64,000 nt of DNA from Octopus vulgaris (GCA_951406725.2 OX597831.1:19406001-19470000), one strand, 5' to 3'. Positions 26,950 through 42,832 are shown, counted from the stretch's first letter. Notes: generated by a model from the letters alone, not told the origin. Numbers and translations are program-made.

Positions 26950-29900
26950 AGCAAAATGCTCTCACTCTTTCTTTTTTACGATTTCTTTTTCGCGACTCGC
27001 ACGCACCATCTTTGCAACATTCACCCATCTTTTTTTTAATCTTTCGCGAGACAAAACTTCCCTCTCCATTCTCACCTTCCTTTTCAAGTGGTACTTGAAA
27101 AAGTTGATGAGCGATTGGCCAGAGAGGTAAGTGTTTGTCTCTAATCCTTTCGCTCAGGTCCACCACACACATTCTTTCACCATGGCCACCAGTACGATGA
27201 AAACTGCCTTGCCTTCCCGGTTGAGGGAAGGGGGCGGAGCAACTTTCACGATAGACTCGGCCGATAGGTGGACTCGTCCCACGCGTAACAGCAGCCGTTC
27301 GGCATAAACCCACAGGTCTGAAATGGTTGGACACTGCACGAGTGCGTGCAGAACGGTTTCGTCGCTCTTACCGCATCTCGGGCAAGTCGGTCCAGTGTGT
27401 CTGGATCCGTGTCTGTAGAGCTTATCCCGAACAGGTAATGCTTCTCCATAGCACTGCCAGGCCAGGGATCTTTGGTGATTGTTCATAGGTCCCGGCCCGA
27501 AAGTTGTCCTGAACAGGCGAGTCAGGTGTTCCTCGTCGACGCCCAGACTCTGCCCGAGTTCGTTGTCGCACCTCCCCTCCACTAATCCTCTATAGAATGC
27601 CTTTGTTGTGATGGAGTCGCACAAGTTCGATCCCGGACGGCAGAGTTGCTTGAGAGCAACGCGACACTCGCGGTGCCATTTTCCTAGCTTGATCCATGAC
27701 TGTAGTTCGTCCAAGGAGACGAGCTGCGGGAAAGCGCGCCGCACAAAAAGCGACCACACCTGTTCACCGTCGTCTATGAAGCGCCGGAGATGTCGCAGTC
27801 TCAGCGCATGTCTGCGCATCATCAACCACGGCACGCCCAGCCCTCCATTTAGCGGGTGTTGACAGCAAATGGATCGCCTAACCATCGGAACGTTTCCCTT
27901 CCGCAGGAAGCGGAAGAGTATACGTTCCAGTTTGGTGATGGTAGGGTCGGGACAAGGCACGACGGTCAAACGATACTCGATGACGGATGCGATGTACGCG
28001 TTCGCCACCTCCGCCCGACCTTTTAGGGATAGCTTTCTCTCAGCCCATTTCTCGGTGAGAGTAGCCACCCTAGTCGTTATCTCGCCCCAGTTCTTCTCCA
28101 TTTGGAGGTCCGGACCGAACCAGACCCCGAGCAATTCAACCGGTCCGTCCGTCCAGCGTCCCACGATGGAGACGCTGTTGGACGGCATGGGCCTGCTTCT
28201 CCAGGTGCCGAGCCGCAAGCCCACTGACTTTTCCCGGTTAATTTTTGCTCCCGTTACCGCTTCGTATTCTTTTAGTGTCTCGCCGACCAGCTCGATGTGC
28301 TGGTAGCTCGCCACTATGACGGTGACGTCATCCGCGTATGCAGACATGCTCCTCCCGCATCCCAGCTCTCGTGGAATGCCCCTCAGCGTCGCCAGTTTCC
28401 GCAATAGTGGCTCAAGAGTCAATACATACAGCAGCGATGAGAGGGAGCATCCCTGACGAACCGAACGCATTATGTTAAAAGGTATGGATAGATGACCATT
28501 TACGCGAACTACTTAGCGGATGCCGCTGTATAAGGCAGCGATCCAACCGCGGAAAACTGGACCGAAACCAGCCGCTTTAAGGACAGCCTCCAAGTAGTGA
28601 TTGTCTACCCTATCGAAAGCTTTTGATTGATCCAAATTGATCAGCGCCCCACCCATGCCAGGATTCTTGACTACCCTGTCTATGATGTAGAGCATCAGAT
28701 GGAGGTTGTAATGAATACTTCTACCCGGCACGGCGCATGTTTGCGCCTTGTCGATTAGTTTCTTGATGACAAGCGCCAACCTCTCGGCTAACACCTTGGC
28801 CAAAATTTTCAAATCTGCGTTGAGCAGAGTGATGGGCCTGTAATTATCTATGACGTCCCCCTTGTTTGGGTCTTTCTTAATCAGTGCCACTGCTCCTCGC
28901 TTTACCAAAGCAGGAATACTCCCGTTTTGCTGCCAGTTGCAGTAGAGAGCTGCCAAGACGCCTCCAAATAAGTCTGGCATATGACAATAAAGTTCGTAGG
29001 GCAGACCATCCAAGCCTGGTGACTTGTCTCTCGCGCAGCCCTCTATCGCATCCTGTACGTTCGCAGCTGTGATAGGCCTTTCACAAGACTCAACCTCTCT
29101 TGCTGAGAGTCGTGGCAAGGCATGCAGGTAGTCACTAAAGTCTACTCTGCGTTCTGACCCACCACTTCTCCCAAACAGTTGGGTGAAGTGTTGTTGAAAA
29201 GCCCCACACATCCTTTTAGGCTCGAGCAATTCGCGCCCCTGTTCATCTATAAGAGACTTGATGGTGGCTCTGTTGCCTCGTTGCGTCTCCACCACTCGGG
29301 CCTCTTGGGCGGCTCCAACTCCTTCGTTTCTCAGGGCACGCATCCTAGCTCTGACAACGCATCCCTCGAGTTTGGCGTTGAGTTGTTGGTCGAGGGCCAA
29401 TCTCGCCGTCAGCACGTTGGACGCGATGCCAGTTCTAAGCGCCTCTTCTAAAACCTTAACTAATTCTCCCTCTATTTTATTTCGGTCTAATGTTAGGGCT
29501 TTACTGTATCTGACTGATTCTGCTTTAATTGCTTTTTTAGCGCATACCACCATCTGTTGTTGATGATGGTACCCGTCAAAGCTCTCTTAACTAATGTGCT
29601 GATCCGGTCCCTGTAAACATGTCGTGCTGTAAAAGACGCGTTCAGTTTCCAGTAACCAGGACCCTGCCTATATGTCTTATCTAAGTCAAGTGTACTTGTC
29701 ACAAACTTGTGATCTGTGTAACTGACTATATGAAATTGTGGACAACCTACACTATTTTTATCTATTGTCCTACAGAATACTCTATCTAAGTATGATCTGG
29801 ACGACCCGATGCGCTTACTCCATGTCCACATTGGCACATTCGGGTGGTCCAGTCGGTACCTGTCAGACAGTTGGAAACGTCTGAGCAGGTCTTTGAGGAA

Positions 29901-30917
29901 TTTGCATCGCCTTCTATTGCTATCTCTGCCCACGTAGTCTAGATGCGTGTCCAGGGTGGCATCCCAATCCCCCACTAAAAGTAAAGGACGAGACGTTCCT
30001 ATGAAAGACTCTAGACGTCGAAAGAAATCTGGTCGGCCTGTTAAGGACGAAGCATAAATTTGTTGTTGTTTTGTTGTTGTTGCTGGTGGTGATGTTGTTG
30101 TTGGTGGTGATGTTGTTGTTGGCTGCAGTTGGTAAAATTGGTGTATTTGGTGTCTGATGTTTGATTGTGCAAGTAGGAAGGGGTGGAAAATTACTTGCAT
30201 AATTTGTTCCTGGGTTTGAGCAGCTTTTGTCAATTTGTTTGGTGGTCACAGTCTTTTGTTTATCTCCTTCAGTTCTTGGTGTTGGAGGAAACAAGGTCTG
30301 AACGGAATTGTTGTTGTTGTTATTGTTGTTTTTGTTGGTGGTGTTGGCGATGGTGTCAGTGGCAGAAGAGACAGCCGTGGCAGCAGATATCGAAATGGTG
30401 GCGCAATTGTTGTTATTCTTGTTCTCATTGTTATTGTTGTTGTTGGTAGTTGAGGTAGTGGATGAGGTGGTGGTGGTGGTGGTGGTGGAGGCGGTGGTGG
30501 TAGCAGTAGTAGTCTCGTTGTTGTTGTTAGTGGTGGTGGTAGTGGTGACAGGGCTGTAACCGCAAGTGGTTGCAGCGTTCACTACCACGTCACTCAGGTT
30601 TGTCTTTGTCGAATGTGTGTGTGTGCATAAGTTCTTTTTTTCTCCTAGCGTTTCAAGTCTAGGAAAATCCTGGTCCATAAATGAATTCGACCAGCGTTCT
30701 ACAATAACATTTCTCGACATTTTTTAATGTCGAGAAGAAAAATACGCAAATTAAATAGGGTTGAAACTGCCCCTAGGGGCGAATTCCTCCCTTGGAAAAG
30801 CACTCAAACGAAAGTTGGGTGCCTTACACACCTTATTTACAAAAATGTACGCAAAATATGGGCTATAAATAATCAAAATAAACGATTACTTTCGGAGCCG
30901 AAGTGACAGCACGTCCG

Positions 30918-30918
<1 letters not shown>
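26950..30918 (-). mobile_element. L1/Tx1-clade LINE with internal deletion: low-complexity ORF1-like start fused to APE-RT-zinc finger ORF2
   Basis: APE motifs (LVGDWD, WTW, SYLDRV, YTDHK, WKLNAS), RT motifs (SPGLDG, YRPITLLNADLKI, DQSKAFDRV, VRQGC, YADD) and CPRC..ETVLHALVQC. In-frame TAA at 28513-28515, frameshift near 29535. GC-richer than the flanks. 5' boundary is inferred. Confidence 0.88.

Positions 30919-31000
<82 letters not shown>
30919..31000. repeat. (GATA)n microsatellite
   Basis: About 20 perfect units. Confidence 0.97.
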
Positions 31001-31001
<1 letters not shown>

Positions 31002-31045
31002 GACCACAGTTGGGAGCAACATTCCAGACAACGGAGAGCAAAAGT

Positions 31046-31431
<386 letters not shown>

Positions 31432-32170
31432 TATCTGATTACATTTGTCATAAAGACATAATACAGATAGAAGCTTTCGGGCTGGACACAGACACAATCA
31501 TGATAAGGAAATGAAAACAGAGATGGTTGGTGGGAGAAGCAGCCAACTACCGCCGATTGTTACTTCCCAATAACATTGTTGCTTTTTAAAACAAATGAGG
31601 TATTGAACCTCTTACAACAGTTACAAATTGAGGCGCTGAGCCCCTTACCAATAAAAAAAAATTCAGCAAATATATTCAACTTGAGGCGCTAAGCTTCTTA
31701 ACAAAATCACCAAGTTCAAATCGTGGCACTAAGACCTCTTATTCTGCCTCCCCGATTAAGTCTCTTGCCGCCTGCAGTCACAATCCCCACCCCCCATAAG
31801 AGATAATTGTACTTATCCTTGGTAAAGGAATCCATCACCCTGTAGAAATAATTTTCCGCCATGACCTCCGCAGCCACCTGCGGAGTCTAATCCGGGCTTT
31901 CAATGGAGATCAGGACCGCCTGTTCCCGACCTTCCAGATTCCTCACAAAGTTCTCCCTTAAGAAAGAAGATCACAAATTCCTCATTTATTATATTGGGAG
32001 GGGATAACAGTTTCCTCCGTCGGTGGCACAAATTCCCACCGACGAGGTTTCGGGACATGCCGGCAGTGTACTAATAACCGCCAGCACTGTCCCTTTTTTT
32101 TTCTATTTTCATCCCTGTTTTTGATACGGGAGGAGGTGGTTCCTTCGCTGTAACCGGAGAAACACATATC
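31432..32170 (-). mobile_element. Truncated, diverged relative of the ORF1-only element at 36683-38911 (3' UTR and ORF C-terminus)
   Basis: Collinear shared blocks: ACATTT..CATAAAG, AGCTTT(G)CGGGCTGGAC, GAGGTATT.AACCTCTTACAA, CAGC.ACCTGCGGAG and GTCGGTGGCACAA...ACCGACG...CGGGACAT (VPPT). Right boundary approximate. Confidence 0.8.
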
Positions 32171-34244
32171 TACCTAACAATATACAGCGAACGCTGTTTA
32201 TTGGATTAGGAAGATAATTTCCAAACTATAACCCAAGCTTTGACCATGGAAAACACAACACCGTCTTAAAATATGGAAACGATATACATCAGGGAATAAA
32301 GTGTTTGTCTCTCATCAAAACAAAAGCCCAAATTGATCGACGTTACACTGAAGCGAGGCAAAGAAGCAGTTTAGCAATGTCAATAGTGATGCATTTGCTG
32401 TTCACTTCAATGTTTGATATTATATTTGTTAATAGTTACATATATGAGTGAGATTTGGCTGCTAACTCTAGTAATTTGAGACAGGCTTCTGACTTTTCCA
32501 GTAAGTGTGTACATATCAAGTTCCATTAATTTCCAAAAGCTATTTTTTCAAATTATTTCCTTTGTCATTTTTCAATGCAATTTATTTTGATCGATTTCAA
32601 TGAACATTATGTAGCGGCGGCTTGTTTGAGAAATGTTCGCAATGTTAATAAAACCAATCAGCTATTCCTGAAATTATTTTTTATGGCCTATTAAAGCGAT
32701 GATTTCTCTTTGTGATATCCACATTGCATTAACGTAAAATATGTGCGCATTACTCAGCTTGTTCAAGGGTAGATATAGTACATCCCTTTATTACCTGTTT
32801 TTTTTGTCATTGTACTTTTATCTTCGGTTATAACTGATTCGTTTATCACTGATCCAGTACTGTACGCTTTCGCGATTAGCCAAAGATTCTGCTTTAACTG
32901 CGAAACAAACCCCAGCCATCGACATCCACAACTCTCATAACAAATTGTTGTCTCGGAAAGAAACTTATTTTCTCCATATGTTCAATTATCAGTTCATCAT
33001 TGATTAACATGGTGCTTCGTAGGGACCAAACACAAGTGATAAACGACCATGGGTGGAAATCACTACTTCTCTTATATAGCCCTATTTCAACCTACGAGGA
33101 ACCTATGAACAAATCAAGATGTGAATGTCAGTTCACTTATTTTTCCATTTCTCTCCGATTCGCTATTTCTTAGCTCGTCTTTTCCCCTTTTTTTTTTTAT
33201 CTCCTAAGACTTCTTTTTCCTACCTTTTTATCTCCTGGCTCTTTTTTTTCCCCTGTTTTCTTCCCTCTCTATTTCTTCTATTGTACGTATTGGTCCCAGT
33301 CCAGCGTCACATGGAAACATTTTATTCCGTAACCATGACATAAGAACAGATATCACACCCCTTTTTCTTTTACTGAGTCATATGTCGGTCCGTTGCAGGG
33401 TTATTCATTTGCAGCCGAGTTAACTGGAGCAAACTGAAATGAATTTCTTTGATCTAGAACACTATACCCTGTCCAGTCTGGGAATCGAAATAATATCATC
33501 GTGATCCTGATTGCACCATCCTCATCTCTAGGTCATCTCCCTTTATCCCATTTATTTCCGCAGCTTTTTTACCTCGTATATTATTTCTAAGTTAGGTATA
33601 AACCAACCATTTAAAGGTAAGAAAGTACATCGATTAAACTGATATCTGTACTTCACTAGTATATTATTCCATCGAATCTTGAAGAACGCAAAGAGACACT
33701 GCATTTAGCGTGATTTGAAATCAGAACGTAAGGAGCCAGAATTATTGTTATATAATTTTATGGCTGGCGCGCAACTGATTCAGCCAAGGGATGGCGCTGT
33801 TAGTTAACCATCATCATTTATATGGAGACGTATTCAATTATATTCTTATTAATTTCTCGTACAATTTTTATGATCTAATCCATAATATTTCAATTCTGTG
33901 ACGGAGTTTCGGCTAATTTAATTAATTAAAACGGGTAATTGTGGCTCATTTAGATGAAAGAAAACTGCTTTAAAACCCGATTTGTATTAATTTCTCTCGT
34001 ATTCCCCATCTCATTCACTCTCTCTATGTGCATGTATATGTGACTATGCGTATCTATGCGTATGTGTGTGTTTGTTTCTGTGTGTGTATATTATCGTATC
34101 ACTATGTAGACCAGAATATCGAATAGTGTTATACACCACTTGTCACTATACATGCGCATTGTTGAAGCTGTTGAATAATATCACATGCTTACTAATGAGG
34201 TTGGTCAAAATGCATATATACATATTTATATATTCTTTTATCCT

Positions 34245-34730
<486 letters not shown>

Positions 34731-34917
34731 CGTATGATCTATGATAGATAACCATTGGCATTTATATATATATATATGATTGATTGATTGATTGATTGAT
34801 TGATTCTAGTTTCAGCTCACGAGCTGTGGCCATGCTGGGGCACCGCCATTTGGTGTTGCTATATGGTTTTACTTCACGAATGCTTTTTAGCAACTGCCAT
34901 TTGGTGCATGAGAGAGT

Positions 34918-34957
<40 letters not shown>

Positions 34958-34958
<1 letters not shown>

Positions 34959-35156
34959 TTTACTTGTTTCAGTCATTTGACTGCGGCCATGCTGGAGCAC
35001 CGCCTTTAGTCGAGCAAATCCGGGACTTATTCTTTGTAAGCCCAGTACTTATTCTATCGGTCTCTTTTGCCGAACCGCTAAGTTACGGGGACGTAAACAC
35101 ACCAGCATCGGTTGTCAGGCAATGCTAGAGGGACAAATACACACACACAAACATAT

Positions 35157-35187
<31 letters not shown>

Positions 35188-35360
35188 CATATATACGACA
35201 TGCTTCTTTCAGTTTCCGTCTACCAAATCCACTCACGAGGCATTGGTCGGCCCGGGGCTATAGCAGAAGACACTTGCCCAAGATGCCACGCAGTGGGACT
35301 GAACCCGGAACCATGTGATTGGTTACCAAGCTACTTACCACACAGCCACTTCTGCGCATA
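34958..35360 (-). mobile_element. S1 SINE copy (young)
   Basis: Near-identical to 36303-36682 joined to 38927-38951; shows the empty target site TTACCAAGCTACTT-ACCACACAGCCACT. Confidence 0.9.
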
Positions 35361-35695
35361 TATATATATATACGCATATTCGTATATATGTGTGAGTGTG
35401 CGCGTGCGTATGAATATGCGTTTGCGTGTCACCTTAAGAGTGTCGCTCACTTTACAAGATATTAATCGAGTGTTTACTGGAGTGCAATACTCATTTCAAT
35501 CGTGTGTAAATTTAGCCCAGCCTTAACTCGTCCAAACAAGAGAAAGGGACATGGAGAGGTGCATAACAAGCGATGCCTGTATGTTATGAACTTGCGTAAA
35601 TAAAACTAGTAATGAGATCATCCTTACCGATGTGTGTGTGTCTGAGTGTGTGTGTGTGTGTGTGTGCGTGTGTGTGTGTGTCTGAGTGTGTGTGT

Positions 35696-35729
<34 letters not shown>

Positions 35730-36682
35730 ATAGCTACTTGTCTTAATATGTATTTACTCATCAAATATATTTTCAAATGCTATGAATGCTTCATTTGATA
35801 TATATAACATCAACATACGAACATGTGACCACTGGAACGTACAGACAAGCTTCTCAAAGACACCGCTTCGATTATAACCACTTCTGCTCTTCTACACACG
35901 CGCGCGCGCGCAGATATATGCGTGTGTGGATGTCTGTGCATGTGCGTGTGTGGCACAGAATCTCTCAAGATGCCATTATCTAAGATTTAAGCAATCTTAA
36001 TAAGATTACCTATAAAATAAACCAAGCATTATGAAAATAAGTACTCAACATATACAATGATTCCTCAAATGCTTTCAAATTTACATGTATGACGGATAGC
36101 TCAAAATACAGAGACTCGAAGACGTAAAAAAAGTTCAGAGACTATCATCAGTAGTCAAACGCATATTACCATATTTTCGACCCCTGAGGAGTACCATAAA
36201 TCAGCTGCTGTCTAGTAGCCAATAGAAATCAGGAGCGAAACGTTAGTGTAATGTTTCTATCTAACTAGTACTCTCTTTTTTATTCTTTTTACTCTTTTAC
36301 TCTTTTACTTGTTTCAGTCATTTGACTGCGGCCATGCTGGAGCACCGCCTTTAGTCGAGCAAATCGACCCCGGGACTTATTCTTTGTAAGCCCAGTACTT
36401 ATTCTATCGGTCTCTTTTGCCGAACCGCTAAGTGACGGGGACGTAAACACACCAGCATCGGCTGTCAAGCAATGCTAGGAGGACAAACACAGACACACAA
36501 ACACATACACACACATACATATATATATATATACATATATACGACAGGCTTGTTTCAGTTTCCGTCTACCAAATCCACTCACAAGGCATTGGTCGGCCCG
36601 GGGCTATAGCAGAAGACACTTGCCCAAGATGCCACGCAGTGGGACTGAACCCGGAACCATGTGGTTGGTTAGCAAGCTACTT

Positions 36683-38911
36683 TATTTCAAAACATTTACC
36701 ATAAAGGCAGTACACAGATTAAGTTAGCTTTGCGGGCTGGACGAGGACATTAATGAGGTGAATGATAATGAAAGAAGGATGATAAGGATGGGAGAAGACA
36801 AAAAGCGCCCGCCGGCTTTCGCTTCTCTAAAACATTGTTCTTTTTAAGGATAAACACAAAACGAGGTATTAAACCTCTTACAATTTTTCCAATTTTTGGA
36901 CTTAGCAGTCCATTATTAATACAAAACGAGGTATTAATCCTCTTACAATTTTTCAATTTTTGGACTTAAGTCCATTACTAATAATACATATCGTCCTCGA
37001 AATAGCTTGTGCCCGCGCCTTCCACCATCAACCACGCCTCCCTCAGAACGTAATCAAGTTCCGAGTTCGCGTCGCCCGGGACCAAGTTATAATCTTCATT
37101 GAGCTCCTTTAGCCCAAGCGTCACGTCGAACGCCACGGCCTCCACAGCTACCTGCGGAGGCCATTCGGGGTCCTGTGTGAAGGCTAAAGGTGCACCCTTG
37201 TAGTGCTCTACCATCACTTTTTCAATTTCTCCTCCTCTATAGAAGAGGACCAATACGTTCAGTTCTTTCGTTGGCGGCACAGTTCCCGCCAACGGTATTC
37301 CTTCTCTTGTCGGTGGCACAACCCCAACCGACGTAGTTCCGGGACATTCCGGTGCTACACTGACAGCCGGTAATGTCCCGTTTTTCTTCCTCTTTTTCTT
37401 TTTTTTCCCCTTTTCAACTGAGGGAGGGTGCGTCTCCTCCGTGGCTGGAAGATTCGCCTTCCTTTCCTCATCCCTATTATCCTTTGGTGAGCACCCATTG
37501 TTGCTCACCTTCCTCTTTCGGCCTCTGTTTGAGGAGTCCTCTGCTTTCTCGGCCGTTATCGTTCCCTCTTCTAGAGGGGTTTTACTTAACTGTTCCGGGA
37601 TCCTATTTTGTTCCCGAGGACAGTTCTTCTTTATGTGGCCGGACTCCAAGCACCGATGACACTTAGGGGCGCGACCCTCAAGCATCACCGGGTACCTGCA
37701 CCCGGCCATTTTCAAAAAATCTGGAAGAACCAGATTGGATGATTGGGTCCACAGGGTCAAAATTGCTTTTGACCCAACCCAAGCAGCCGCAGGAAGAATT
37801 TTTACATTGAGGAGCTTAGTTTCGCTGTCACCCAGACCCCGGCGGATAGTCTCCTCTATCCACTCGGGTTCTATGTCGGGTGGCAATCCGCAGATCCAAG
37901 CTTTCATCAATTTCTTTTTTTGTACGTGGGCAGGAATAAGATTTCCTTACCCTCCAGGGGTTTGCTAGCAAATTTGCAAGCCTCTTCAGGGGTGTCAAAT
38001 AGCAACCACACCGTTGCATATTTGACACCCCTGGAAATGAATTTAATTGTTGGCAAATACTCTTCCAACTCCTCCTCAATTGCCGTCTTTCGAACAGGGC
38101 GATGGTGTCGAGTGCCTTGGAGTAGGTTCTCAACACCACCGTCCTATCTTCACGGTCTTTTAACCACTTTTTAGGTGGTATGATTTCCCCCTCCAAAATT
38201 TTGTTATTTTTCATTGCCATGTTTTTTTTTTTAAATATATTCAAATTAAACTCAAAAAGCAGGAAGAAAAAAGTTCAAAAGTCCAAATAAAATTTGATCG
38301 ATTTTTGAAAAAACAAAAAGGAGAAAGCACAACAGAAGGGAAAAAATCAACGGAAAGTCGCAATAAAGAAAAAAAAAACAAAAGGGAGGGTTAAATGAAG
38401 TTCAAAAGAAAGTTAATAAACAGAAAAAACACAGCAAAAATATTCTGGCCTTGCGGTACTCCCGGCCAGGGTTGAACCTGGAACGCCGCAACTGCAACAC
38501 AACCTCCACAAAAATGGGTCCGAAAGGTAATCCAATAGTGGCTTATTTTTATAATTTTCTTGCGAAGTAGTAGTTTTCACAATTCATAAAAGTTCTTCAC
38601 AGCACAATACAATTCACACAATTACGTGAGAAAATTATTTACTCAATTTATCGAAGACAGATACGCCCCCCAAAATTTTCTCAGCGAGAAAAATATATTT
38701 GCCACATGTCGGCAGAATCAGAATTCTGAATCCAGTAGGACTTCCTGCCTGTAAAAAACAATTCTCAACAAAAACTCCCACTGGACCCAGAAAACAGAAT
38801 CTTACCTTACATGGGGCTTCCAAAGTTTTCAATTCAAGACGGCTTCAATAGCACGTCTTCACCGCTTCAGTGCCAAACACAACACTGACTCGCACATGCG
38901 CAGAAGCAACC
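36683..38911 (-). mobile_element. Complete non-autonomous ORF1-only (HAL1-like) retroelement with 15-bp TSD
   Basis: Bounded by the TSD. ~670-bp 5' UTR, one gag/ORF1-like frame, ~295-bp 3' UTR ending ..GAAATA|AAG. No RT or endonuclease motifs. Confidence 0.85.
36978..38244 (-). pseudogene. L1/Tx1-type ORF1 nucleic-acid-binding protein (RRM-like N-terminus, CCHC knuckle, basic tract), two frameshifts
   Basis: CHRCLESGHIKKNC = CX2CX4HX4C in the 310-aa ORF 36978-37910. Upstream frames give DRTVVLRTY and IKFISRGVKYATVWLLFDTPEEA..FASKPL. Frameshifts near 38095 and at the T-run 37915-37921. Confidence 0.8.
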
Positions 38912-38988
38912 GTTAGCAAGCTACTTACCACACAGCCACTCCTGCGCCTATTTGATGAGTAAATACATATTAAGACAAGTAGCTATAT

Positions 38989-39022
<34 letters not shown>

Positions 39023-39038
39023 ACACTCAGACACACGC

Positions 39039-39080
<42 letters not shown>

Positions 39081-39140
39081 TTATCAATCTATCAACTTGT
39101 CTATCTATCAATCTGTGCTTATAGATATGCATTCATATAC

Positions 39141-39241
39141 GGATGGATGGATGGATGGATAGACGGAGGGATGGATGGATGGATAGATGGATCGATGGAT
39201 CGATGGATGGAGGGATGGATGGATGGATGGGTAGTTGGATG
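39141..39241. repeat. (GGAT)n imperfect microsatellite
   Basis: Read directly from the sequence. Confidence 0.9.
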
Positions 39242-39408
39242 AACTGCTACCTAGCTAGCGAGCATCTGCTAGTAGGCAATGACTCATTATGTCATAATTG
39301 GGACGGAAGGCATCACCACTTGTCGGCATGGTTAATTTCTGACTCACACCAGTAAGGCTGTGCGATAAATATGCTTTTATACATGCCAAAATATTGGAAT
39401 ATATGTTC

Positions 39409-39444
<36 letters not shown>

Positions 39445-39494
39445 ATGTATGTATATGTATATTAATAATAAATAGTAAATAATATAATTACATA

Positions 39495-40290
39495 TATGGG
39501 TGCAGGACGTCACCAGCGGTTCAAACAACAATAGGTCAAAAACACGAGAAACCATGGAGAACAGGACAAGTAAACACAGAGAAGCGAGCCTTCGTCAGTT
39601 GTTGGTTGTCTACTCATCTCCAGAGTGGAGGTGCAATGGCCCAGTGGTTAGGGCAGCGGACTCGCGGTCGTAGGATCGCGGTTTCGATTCCCAGACCGGG
39701 CGCTGTGAGTGTTTATTGAGCGAAAACACCTGAAAGCTCCACGAGGCCCCGGCAGGGGATGGTGGTGATCCCTGCTGTACTCTTTCACCACAACTTTCTC
39801 TCACTCTTACTTCCTGTTTCTGTTGTACCTGTATTTCAAAGGGCCGGCCTTGTCACTCTCTGTGTCACGCTGAATATCCCCGAGAACTACGTTAAGTGTA
39901 CACGTGTCTGTGGAGTGCTCAGCCACTTACACGTTAATTTCACGAGCAGGCTGTTCCGTTGATTCGGATCAACCGGAACCCTCGTCGTCGTAACCAACGG
40001 AGTGCTTCTAAAACTCATCTCCAGTATTCAACGACAACATGAATTTTCAAAAACAGTTGGTCACATAAATTCTAAAATTTATAAAATTTAGGGTTTATGG
40101 AGGGTCAAAGTTGGGAAGAAAAACATGACAGAGGAGATATACAAGGAACCCGAAAGAAAACAAACATGAAGGGTCGTTAGACCAAAACCAGAGGAAAATA
40201 GCGAATGTTGTGAGAAATATTTTTTTGAAAAAAGAAAAGGTAGAAGAGAGAGAAAACAACGTCCGCTCTTTTGAACGACCGAGCAGGAAG
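39495..40290. repeat. Unclassified interspersed repeat interrupted by the S3 SINE; related to 58953-59263
   Basis: Both copies begin TATGGGT(G/A)C(A/C)GGAC(G/A)TCA, share GAGAAAC, CTTC(G/A)TCAGTTGT and AGGGT.GTTA..CCAAAA, and lie next to (TA)n/(CA)n tracts. Confidence 0.55.
39624..40012 (+). mobile_element. tRNA-derived SINE (family S3), full length, 12-bp TSD
   Basis: A-box TGGCCCAGTGG and B-box GGTTTCGATTCC; ACTCATCTCCAG at 39612-39623 and 40013-40024. Second copy at 52177-52450. Confidence 0.9.
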
Positions 40291-42245
<1,955 letters not shown>

Positions 42246-42748
42246 AAGATCTGGAGATTATTAACTGGAAGATTATATGAATGGGTAGAAGTAATATCAA
42301 TTGAAAATCAGGACAGGTTACAAGGTAACGCTTTCACACTTTCCTTATCTCATTATAATGGCAACGGCTCAAACAGCTTTCAACATTTTTTAACTAACAT
42401 AAAAGAGGAACAGTACATTAAAATCAACAAGTGGTACTGTTTAGCATCATCATTCTTTAATGTCTTGTTTTTCCAAGTCAAGGTTGATTGTAGTATTGTG
42501 AGAGCGTTGGAAATTAGATGTTGATATACTGATTTATATCTCATCACAGAGTTCAAATACTGTCTAGTTTGTATTTGTCTTTCATCCTTCTGTGGGTTGA
42601 TAACAATGTCCACCTTTGAAGTAGCTTTTATTCACAATTCGTCAGTTTCTCTTCTTAACAATATGTTATTTTGTGCGTGTGTGCTGCAGCCTTTCTGAAT
42701 CACATCCTTTGCATGTTTATAAACAATTTAGCGATAGTAGTAGTAGTA

Positions 42749-42832
<84 letters not shown>

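Larger units (their letters stand above)
36303..38951 (-). mobile_element. S1 SINE split by a 2.2-kb insertion (SINE parts 36303-36682 and 38912-38951)
   Basis: The SINE resumes exactly after the insertion; GTTAGCAAGCTACTT is duplicated at 36668-36682 and 38912-38926. Confidence 0.92.

Noticed and set aside
39626-39700. tRNA gene
   Set aside because: It is a SINE head: continues into a repeat body, has a TSD and a second copy, and lacks a proper cloverleaf.
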